Below are positions 56,989-64,000 of a stretch of DNA of 64,000 bases, in pieces. Numbering within the stretch: the first letter of the stretch is position 1; each line of letters opens with the position of its first letter. The notes under the pieces are model-generated. The model saw nothing but the letters and a program-made list of their open reading frames with translations, searched no databases and was not told the DNA's origin. Origin of the DNA: Candidatus Pacearchaeota archaeon (lineage in GTDB: Archaea > Nanobdellota > Nanobdellia > Pacearchaeales > GW2011-AR1). The stretch spans positions 13,374 to 77,373 of the forward strand of contig JAFCEJ010000003.1 of NCBI GenBank assembly GCA_017609175.1. The letters run 5' to 3'. The translations under genes and the position numbers were made by a program.

Positions 56989-58470
56989 ATGAACAGAAGA
57001 AAAGCATTAATGGTCGGAATGATTTTTTTATTGGTTATTATTTTAATTGGTTTTGTTTCTGCAAGTTATTGTTGTGAAAAGACTAAAAAAGGTGCATGGT
57101 GCCAACCTGTAGATAGTAAAAAAGAGTGTGCAGAGGGATTTAAAATAGCTCAAACAGGATGTGAATCAACAAGTTATTGTAAATTCGGAACATGTATTAA
57201 TTTTAAAGAAGGAACCTGTGACCCAAATACAGCTCAAAAAACTTGTGAGGCAAATGGAGGGACATGGGATGAAAGAGACATAACCGAAATACCTCAATGC
57301 AAAGAAGGTTGTTGTGTCTTAGGGTCAAAAAGCATTTTTGACACATTAACAAGATGTAAAAAATTGTCTGCAGATCAAGGATTTGAAACAGATTTCAGGC
57401 GAAATATTCGAACTGAAAAAGAGTGTAGTTCGCTTAGTGGATTAGAAACCAAAGGAGCATGTGTTTTTAAAGAAGATTTGAAAAGGACATGCAAATTCAT
57501 AACAAAAAAAGAATGTATGAAGATAGGAGAATCAAGGAATGTTTCTTTTTATGAAAAGATATTATGCTCTTCTGAAAAACTTGGAACAGACTGCGGACCT
57601 TCTAAAAAAACAACATGCCATGATGGAAAAGTTTATTTTGTAGATACTTGCGGGAATTTGGCAAACATATATGACGCTGACAGACAAGATGATGCATATT
57701 ATTGGACGTATGTAATAGATATCAAAGATGTTAAATGTGATGATGGAAAAGGGAACATAAACTCCAAAACCTGTGGTCTATGTGATTATCATGCAGGAAG
57801 CACTTGCGGGGCTAAAAGGCTTGGAGAAAATCCAAAATATGGTGATTATATTTGCAGAGATTTAAGTTGCGAATATAAGGGAAAAAGATACAAACATAAA
57901 GAAAGATGGTGTGCAAAATCAGAAGACGGAAATAAGGGCACTGAAAAAAATCTGCCTGGAAGCGAACATTTTGTTTTAGAATGTAGGGATGGGGAAGTAA
58001 GAGTTGTAGACGAATGTAGAGACTGGAGAAATATGATTTGTGTTGAAGAAAAAGTTGATGGGAAGATGAATGCTATATGCACTACAAATAAATGGCAAGA
58101 TTGCACTGAGCAAGACAATAAAAAAGATTGCTTAAATGAAAATGTTAGAGATTGTGTATGGGTAGAAGATGAATTTAAAACATCGTGGTCAAATCTGAAA
58201 TGTGTTCCAAAATATGCGCCGGCATTTGATTTCTGGGAAGGAGAAAAATCAGGGATTTATTGTTCTAAAGGAACAGTCACGTGCGAAGTTACTTATGAAA
58301 AAAAGATTGGTGGAAAATGGGAATGTGTTCATAATTGCTATTGTTTAGAAAAAAAATGGCTGAATAGAATGAATACAATATGTAATGCTTTGGGAGATTG
58401 TGGAGTTGGTGTAAATTATATTGGAAAAAAAGGATGGTATGAATTAAATGATTTATTACATAAAAAATAA
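56989..58470 (+). CDS. secreted/anchored Cys-rich protein (~43 Cys in 493 aa)
   Basis: MNRRKALMVGMIFLLVIILIGFVSA followed by dense Cys throughout. Confidence 0.6.
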   Translation: MNRRKALMVGMIFLLVIILIGFVSASYCCEKTKKGAWCQPVDSKKECAEGFKIAQTGCESTSYCKFGTCINFKEGTCDPNTAQKTCEANGGTWDERDITEIPQCKEGCCVLGSKSIFDTLTRCKKLSADQGFETDFRRNIRTEKECSSLSGLETKGACVFKEDLKRTCKFITKKECMKIGESRNVSFYEKILCSSEKLGTDCGPSKKTTCHDGKVYFVDTCGNLANIYDADRQDDAYYWTYVIDIKDVKCDDGKGNINSKTCGLCDYHAGSTCGAKRLGENPKYGDYICRDLSCEYKGKRYKHKERWCAKSEDGNKGTEKNLPGSEHFVLECRDGEVRVVDECRDWRNMICVEEKVDGKMNAICTTNKWQDCTEQDNKKDCLNENVRDCVWVEDEFKTSWSNLKCVPKYAPAFDFWEGEKSGIYCSKGTVTCEVTYEKKIGGKWECVHNCYCLEKKWLNRMNTICNALGDCGVGVNYIGKKGWYELNDLLHKK

Positions 58471-58471
58471 A

Positions 58472-60535
58472 ATGCGTTTTAGTAAAAAAGGAAAAATTGC
58501 GATAGGAGAAATTTTAATCTTAATAATTGCAACTTTTGCATTTGCGTGGATGGTTGGAGGAAGTATTGGATTTGTGAAGGGGGGAGAAGACTATGATGGC
58601 CTTGAAAATTATTATGATAACGCTATGCCTTCTCCTCGGGAGGATGATGGTTCTACCAATCAGGAAAAAAAGGAGGTAATTGAAGGTGTTGCAAAAACAT
58701 GGTCTCTTAAGGAAATATCTTCAATAGTTAAACACCCTATTATGATAAATTTTGCGTATGCTTCAGCGGTTTATTTGGCAGTTGAAATGGTTGGAGGATT
58801 AGCGGATTTAGAAAAAGACCAAGTTGATGCAGCTTCAAAATCTGCATTTGTTGGAACATTTATGGGAAGAGCTATTGGACAGGGGATTTATCGGGCTGGG
58901 GAAAAGGCTGGAGAAAAAGAAGCAACTGGGTGGATAGTAAAAAGTGTTCCTAAAGCTAAAAAATTTTTTACATTGGGAGAAAAACTAACAACATCTACTT
59001 CTGTGGCAGTATTTTGGGGAACAGTAATTGCAGTAGGAATTTTTTTAGCGACATACAAAAACAAAAAAACAAAAATAGTTACTTTTGAATGTAAATCATG
59101 GCAAGCACCGAGTGGAGGAAAAGATTGTGAAAAATGCAATGAAAATGAATTATTCCCCTGCTCAGAATATCAATGTCGTGCTTTGGGACAAGGTTGTGAA
59201 TTAGTTGATGGCAAATGTATCTGGAAAAATAAAAAAGATGCAAAATATCCTATAATAACTTTAGACAAAAACGCATTAAACGAAGGGTATGAGTATGTTG
59301 GAATAAATGAAAGAGGAGCAAGAATTGTCAAAAAGGGTTCTGAAACTGGTTGTGTAGATTGGTCTACCCCTTTAAGCTTTGGAATAAATACAGATGAATC
59401 TGCAATTTGTAAAATAGATTATGAAAGAAAAGAAAAATTTGAAGAAATGGAATATACATTTCCTGGAAAAGGTTATCATCATGTTATCCAACTGCCAACA
59501 GGTCTTTTAAAAGTAAATTCGTCAACAGAAAGTCCAATAATTAACAAAGAAGGAGATTATGAGTTTTACATTAGATGCCAAGATGGAAATGGAAATTCAA
59601 ATACTGCAAATTTTGTAATTAAATTCTGTGTTGAAGCAGGACCAGATTTAGAAACACCAATAATTGTTACAACAAGTATAAGAGAAGGGGGATATTTCAA
59701 ATATGGATTAAAAGAGATTAAAGACTTTAAAATCGGTGTAAATGAACCAGCAGAATGTAAATGGAGCAGACAAGATAAGTCGTATGAAGATATGGAAAAC
59801 ACAATGGATTGCTCAACAGAAGAAACTGAAATAAATCTTCAGATGTTATATGAATGTTCAACAACATTAAATGGTTTAGAGGATGGAAAAGAAAATAAAT
59901 TCTATTTCAAATGTAAGGACAAAAATGGAAATATAAATAAAGAATCTTATGAATTCATATTAAAAGGAACAGAAGGAAAATTAAATATTGATTCTGTATC
60001 TCCAGAAGAAGGGGTTGTAAGGGGTTCAACAAAACCTGTTAAAGTTGAACTTGAAGTTGAAACTTCTTCAGGAGCAGAGGAAGGAAAAGCATATTGCTAT
60101 TATGGTGAAACAGAAGATTATGAATCTGGGTTATTTAGTGAAACTAACTCTTATCATCACAAGCAAGAATTACGATTAGACCCAGGAGATTACAAATTTT
60201 ATATTTGGTGCATTGATAACGGAGGAAATGAAGCAAAAACCACTGTAAGTTTCAAAGTAGAATCAGATGATGAAGCGCCGATAGTCGTAAGAGCATATAA
60301 AGATGGATATGATTTAAAGATAATTACAAATGAAGAAGCAGAATGTGTTTATGGCACAAAAGACTGTAACTACTTTTTCAAAGATGGAACATTAATGGAT
60401 ACTATTGATGATAGGGAGCATTATATTGATATAGAAGAGAACAAAGATTTAACATATTATATTAAATGTAAGGATAATTATGGTAACGAGCCATCGTCAG
60501 GATGCAGTATTGTTATAAAACCTACTAGTTTTTAA
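58472..60535 (+). CDS. large pilin-like/adhesin-like protein with four tandem beta-type repeats
   Basis: MRFSKKGKIAIGEILILIIATFAFAW, two further hydrophobic helices, a Cys cluster, then 4 repeats ending (Y/F)(Y/F)(I/F)xCxDxxGN. Confidence 0.6.
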   Translation: MRFSKKGKIAIGEILILIIATFAFAWMVGGSIGFVKGGEDYDGLENYYDNAMPSPREDDGSTNQEKKEVIEGVAKTWSLKEISSIVKHPIMINFAYASAVYLAVEMVGGLADLEKDQVDAASKSAFVGTFMGRAIGQGIYRAGEKAGEKEATGWIVKSVPKAKKFFTLGEKLTTSTSVAVFWGTVIAVGIFLATYKNKKTKIVTFECKSWQAPSGGKDCEKCNENELFPCSEYQCRALGQGCELVDGKCIWKNKKDAKYPIITLDKNALNEGYEYVGINERGARIVKKGSETGCVDWSTPLSFGINTDESAICKIDYERKEKFEEMEYTFPGKGYHHVIQLPTGLLKVNSSTESPIINKEGDYEFYIRCQDGNGNSNTANFVIKFCVEAGPDLETPIIVTTSIREGGYFKYGLKEIKDFKIGVNEPAECKWSRQDKSYEDMENTMDCSTEETEINLQMLYECSTTLNGLEDGKENKFYFKCKDKNGNINKESYEFILKGTEGKLNIDSVSPEEGVVRGSTKPVKVELEVETSSGAEEGKAYCYYGETEDYESGLFSETNSYHHKQELRLDPGDYKFYIWCIDNGGNEAKTTVSFKVESDDEAPIVVRAYKDGYDLKIITNEEAECVYGTKDCNYFFKDGTLMDTIDDREHYIDIEENKDLTYYIKCKDNYGNEPSSGCSIVIKPTSF

Positions 60536-60570
60536 AAAAAGTTTATAAGGAATGAACATCTCATTATTCT

Positions 60571-60990
60571 ATGACGATAGATGAAAAAAGAGGGCAGATT
60601 AAACTATCTTTTGGTATGATTTTTTCAATTATTCTTATAATTATCTTTCTTATTTTTGCTTTTTATGGCATCAAAATGATTCTTAATTTTCAAAAAGAGG
60701 CAAATATTGGAAAGTTTGTAAATGATTTGCAAAATGATGTTAACAAAATGTGGCAAAATTCTGGTTCACAGATTAAAACATATATCTTGCCAAAAAATAT
60801 TGAAGAGGTTTGTTTCAACGAAGATTCTAAAATTTATTTCAAACCATTTGGAACAGGCGGAGAATTTGATTATATGGAAATAAAACACTTGGATGTTAAG
60901 GAACCTTTTTGCATAAAGAATAATGGTAAAATCAAAATCAGAATTAAAAGAGATGAGGATGTTTTAGTAACTATTGAAGAATCTGAATAA
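60571..60990 (+). CDS. pilin-like (class III signal) protein
   Basis: EKRGQIKLSFGMIFSIILIIIFLIFAFYGI. Confidence 0.55.
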   Translation: MTIDEKRGQIKLSFGMIFSIILIIIFLIFAFYGIKMILNFQKEANIGKFVNDLQNDVNKMWQNSGSQIKTYILPKNIEEVCFNEDSKIYFKPFGTGGEFDYMEIKHLDVKEPFCIKNNGKIKIRIKRDEDVLVTIEESE

Positions 60991-60991
60991 A

Positions 60992-61924
60992 ATGAGAACA
61001 ACGGCTTGGAATAAAAGAGGTTATTTGCAGATTCCTTTTTCATGGATTTTTGCAATTATTATTGGAACTTTTATTTTATTTTTAGCGATTTTTTTTGTGA
61101 CAAAAATGATGAGTTCTGAACAAACACAACTTGATGCAACAACCGCCAAACAAATTAGTATCCTTATGAATCCGCTTGAAACTGGTTTTGAATCAGAAAA
61201 AACAACAACAATGATTTTGCCGTCAGGAACAAGAATAATTAATCGATGCAATAATATAGGTGTATTTGGAACTCAGAAGATAAAAGTTTCTCAGAAAATT
61301 TTTAATAAATGGACAGAAACAGATACTGAAATTAGTTCGCATAACAAGTATATTTTTTCAGACAAGTTTGTTGAAGGAAAAAAATTTTATTTATCATCAA
61401 TGGTTTTTGAATATCCTTTCAAGGTTGCTGATTTAATTTTTTTGACCTCAAAAGAGTATTGTTTTTTAGACGTGCCAGAAGAAATTAAAAATAAAATCCC
61501 GAATCAAGAGAATATTAAAACTGAAAAAGAAAAATGTTCCGAAGAAAGTGTTAAGGTTTGTTTTGATTATGGCTCTGATTGTGATATTGAAGTTAATTAC
61601 CCCATGAAATATGTTGAAAAAGAAGGAGAGAAATTATATTTCACAGGCAATTTGATATATGGTGCTATTTTTGCAGATAAAGAAATTTATGAATGTCAAA
61701 TTAAAAGATTAATGCAAAGAGTAGAGCAATTAGCTTCACTGTATGAAGAAAAATCATCTTTCCTTTCTCAAAAAAACTGTGATTCTGGGTTAGATTTAGA
61801 CTTACTGCAACTAGAAAACTCAGCAAAAAATTTTGAATCTTCAAAAGATTTTGACTTTATGGACCCACTTGTTGAAACAATTGAGAATAAAAACGAATTT
61901 GGAGGTAATTGCCAATTATGGTAA
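60992..61924 (+). CDS. pilin-like (class III signal) protein
   Basis: MRTTAWNKRGYLQIPFSWIFAIIIGTFILFLAIFFV. Confidence 0.5.
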   Translation: MRTTAWNKRGYLQIPFSWIFAIIIGTFILFLAIFFVTKMMSSEQTQLDATTAKQISILMNPLETGFESEKTTTMILPSGTRIINRCNNIGVFGTQKIKVSQKIFNKWTETDTEISSHNKYIFSDKFVEGKKFYLSSMVFEYPFKVADLIFLTSKEYCFLDVPEEIKNKIPNQENIKTEKEKCSEESVKVCFDYGSDCDIEVNYPMKYVEKEGEKLYFTGNLIYGAIFADKEIYECQIKRLMQRVEQLASLYEEKSSFLSQKNCDSGLDLDLLQLENSAKNFESSKDFDFMDPLVETIENKNEFGGNCQLW

Positions 61925-62436
61925 TGAAAAAAGCACAATTAAAAATCCAGCAAATGGCATTTATGTTAATAGCAGTTACACTGCTTTTCGCATTCGTAGG
62001 ATTGTTTATTATTGGAATTAAGTTTTCTGGATTAAAACAAACAGCTACAAGCCTTGAGGAAGAAAATGCGATGTTATTAGTTTCAAAACTGGCAAATTCT
62101 CCAGAATTTTCATGTGGTAAGGTATTTTCATTTGGAAAAACAAATTGCATTGATGCTGACAAAGTAATGATGCTAAAAGATAATGAGAATTATAAAGGAT
62201 TTTGGGGGGTAAATGAAATTAAAATTAAGAAAATTTATCCGCAAAATAATGAAAATATTGAATGTACTATGGAAAATTACCCTAATTGTAATATAATAAC
62301 AGTTTATTCTGATAATTCTGAGAATAGAAATTATAAACAGAATTTTGTAAGTTTATGTAGAAAAGAAATGGTTGAGAATAGTATTTATGATAAATGTGAA
62401 CTGGCTAAATTAATGGTTAGTTATGAAGCAAAATGA
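61918..62436 (+). CDS. pilin-like (class III signal) protein
   Basis: MVMKKAQLKIQQMAFMLIAVTLLFAFVGLFIIG. Start overlaps the upstream stop. Confidence 0.5.
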   Translation: MVMKKAQLKIQQMAFMLIAVTLLFAFVGLFIIGIKFSGLKQTATSLEEENAMLLVSKLANSPEFSCGKVFSFGKTNCIDADKVMMLKDNENYKGFWGVNEIKIKKIYPQNNENIECTMENYPNCNIITVYSDNSENRNYKQNFVSLCRKEMVENSIYDKCELAKLMVSYEAK

Positions 62437-62885
62437 ATAAGATAAAAAAGAAAGGGCAAGAAGAAATGGTTGGATTTGCACTAATAATCATAATAGTTGC
62501 TGTATCTCTGCTGATATTTCTAAGTTTTTATTTAAGAAAACCGTCTGAGGAAAATTTAATTGAAAGTTATGAAGTAAAAAGTTTTATTCAATCAGCTCTT
62601 CAATATACCATAGAATATGAATCAGAGTATATATCTATAAGAAAATTAATTAAAAAATGTGGTAATTATGATGAGGGATGTGAAGAGTTACAAAGTGAAT
62701 TAGAGAACATGATGGAAAAGGCTTGGACAGTAAAAGATGGGGGTGTTATAAAAGGCTATAATTTAGAAATTGTCTTAAAGGATAAAGAAATATTAAAAAT
62801 CGAAAAGGGCGATAAAACCCCTAATTATAAAAGTTCATATCAAGAATTAGACAACATAGAAATAAGAATAAAGATTTATTATTAA
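62433..62885 (+). CDS. pilin-like (class III signal) protein
   Basis: KKKGQEEMVGFALIIIIVAVSLLIFL. ATGA overlap with the upstream gene. Confidence 0.55.
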   Translation: MNKIKKKGQEEMVGFALIIIIVAVSLLIFLSFYLRKPSEENLIESYEVKSFIQSALQYTIEYESEYISIRKLIKKCGNYDEGCEELQSELENMMEKAWTVKDGGVIKGYNLEIVLKDKEILKIEKGDKTPNYKSSYQELDNIEIRIKIYY

Positions 62886-63235
62886 ACTTTTAAATGAATT
62901 GTTATTGAATCTACAACAATTTCTGGTCGATATCTTTTCCTATTTTTTGTTTTTTCTTCGATTAAATCAATAAAGCCAAATCTTTCTAATAATTTGATGT
63001 CATCATTTACAGATTTAAATCCCCTTCCAAGTTTTTTGGCTAAATCATAAATAGATTTTGGTTTTTGGGTCTTGATTACATATAAAATACGCGCTTTTTC
63101 GTTGCTAAGAAGCTGTCTCAGAGCAAAAATTCCTGAAAAGTCATAATCTTTTTTTCCTCTACCAAATATGCTAAAGGCTCCTTTTGATTCTGTTATTGTT
63201 ATTTCTCTTATTTTTGTCTTTTCTTTTTTTCCCAT
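62882..63235 (-). CDS. winged-helix DNA-binding protein (putative transcriptional regulator)
   Basis: ARILYVIKTQKPKSIYDLAKKLGRGFKSVNDDIKLLERFGFI is HTH-like. Confidence 0.5.
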   Translation of the reverse strand: MGKKEKTKIREITITESKGAFSIFGRGKKDYDFSGIFALRQLLSNEKARILYVIKTQKPKSIYDLAKKLGRGFKSVNDDIKLLERFGFIDLIEEKTKNRKRYRPEIVVDSITIHLKV

Positions 63236-63649
63236 TGTTTACTAGATTAGTCTATTAAATATTTTATAATAATGTAGATTTTATCCATTTATATATTTAT
63301 CATATATTTTACAATTATATATTATTTTAACATATATATTCTTTTTAATTACTATATATTAATAAATGTTTTGTTTGTCCAAAAATTAGGGATTGTATTA
63401 ATACCTTAGTGACAGCACAATATTTATAAATAAAACTAAGAAAAAGGGGGTTTTTAGAGAAAATTACAAAAAATGGGATAGTAAGCTTTTTAAAAGAAGA
63501 TAGGTTTTTTAGACTACCGGTAAAGGTATTCTAATAGGGAAATTAGAATACTATTGTCTAAATGAGATGATTTTCCCTATGTCATCAAATGAGGACAATC
63601 CAGGTTGTCATAGACAACTCCTAATGTAGTGAAAGGAGGTTAAAAAGAA

Positions 63650-64000
63650 ATGTTTAATTTCAAAAAAATATCAGCAGTTTTGACTAGTGTAGTTATGCTT
63701 GGTTCTACTATGGGTATTGCTGCAGCTGCTAATTATCCATCACCTTTTATAAGCGGTGGAACAGCTAATGTAGCAGTTGTTTATGGTTCAAGTTCACCAA
63801 ATGGTGTTGACCAAATCCCAGCTATAAGTATCCAAGCAGATTTGCAATCTAAGATGCCTTCAACTACAACAGGAACAACTGCAACTGCTAGTGGAGGAGA
63901 TAGTGTGCAAATTACAAGAGGCTCTGAAAAATTGAATTTAGGAGACGGAATCGCAACAGTATGGGGAACATCATTAACAGATAGTGATCTTCCTACATTG
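63650..64000 (+). CDS. secreted S-layer-like surface protein, N-terminal fragment (runs off window)
   Basis: SD aaaggaggt. Signal peptide MFNFKKISAVLTSVVMLGSTMGIAAAA followed by NYPSPFISGGTANVAVVYG, then a T/S-rich stretch. No stop before nt 64000. Confidence 0.55.
   Translation, partial: MFNFKKISAVLTSVVMLGSTMGIAAAANYPSPFISGGTANVAVVYGSSSPNGVDQIPAISIQADLQSKMPSTTTGTTATASGGDSVQITRGSEKLNLGDGIATVWGTSLTDSDLPTL

Overview
This is an AT-rich archaeal chromosome segment. Its gene content looks like a reduced DPANN-type genome (Woese-/Pacearchaeota-like); that placement is inference.

Most of the window is conserved information-processing core:
- a GTPase/DUF2073/Zn-ribbon triad, the CCA-adding enzyme, aCPSF1 and RNase J
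- both proteasome subunits and Mre11-Rad50
- the Pop5-psmA-SBDS-Rrp4-Rrp41-Rrp42 exosome superoperon, fused directly to rpoK-eno-rps2
- a 16S-tRNAAla-23S operon with long processing helices, RNase P RNA and an intron-containing tRNA-Phe
- CysRS, class I LysRS, form III RuBisCO, eS19/eL39/eL31, Cbf5-TrmY, Hjc, PCNA and a fused PriS-PriL primase

The less ordinary parts are:
1. A translationally coupled 7-gene operon (56.2-62.9 kb). Six products carry type-IV-pilin-like class III signal peptides and two are very large Cys-rich or repeat proteins. It sits among other surface proteins and a probable S-layer gene.
2. A tightly coupled DUF5320/CDF/permease/NifX-like/DUF134 cluster in which the transporter and the regulator share the same C-terminal zinc-ribbon module.
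3. A 16S gene that lacks about 190 nt of the 3' major domain.
4. An ORF inside the rRNA spacer.
5. An RRM protein.
6. A small compositionally odd island (45.8-47.6 kb) with a frame-broken gene and degenerate repeats.

No CRISPR array, transposase or recognisable defence gene was seen. The ORF track accepts TTG/GTG starts, so several starts were re-trimmed to ATG codons that abut the upstream stop or follow a GGAGG-type ribosome-binding site (SD).
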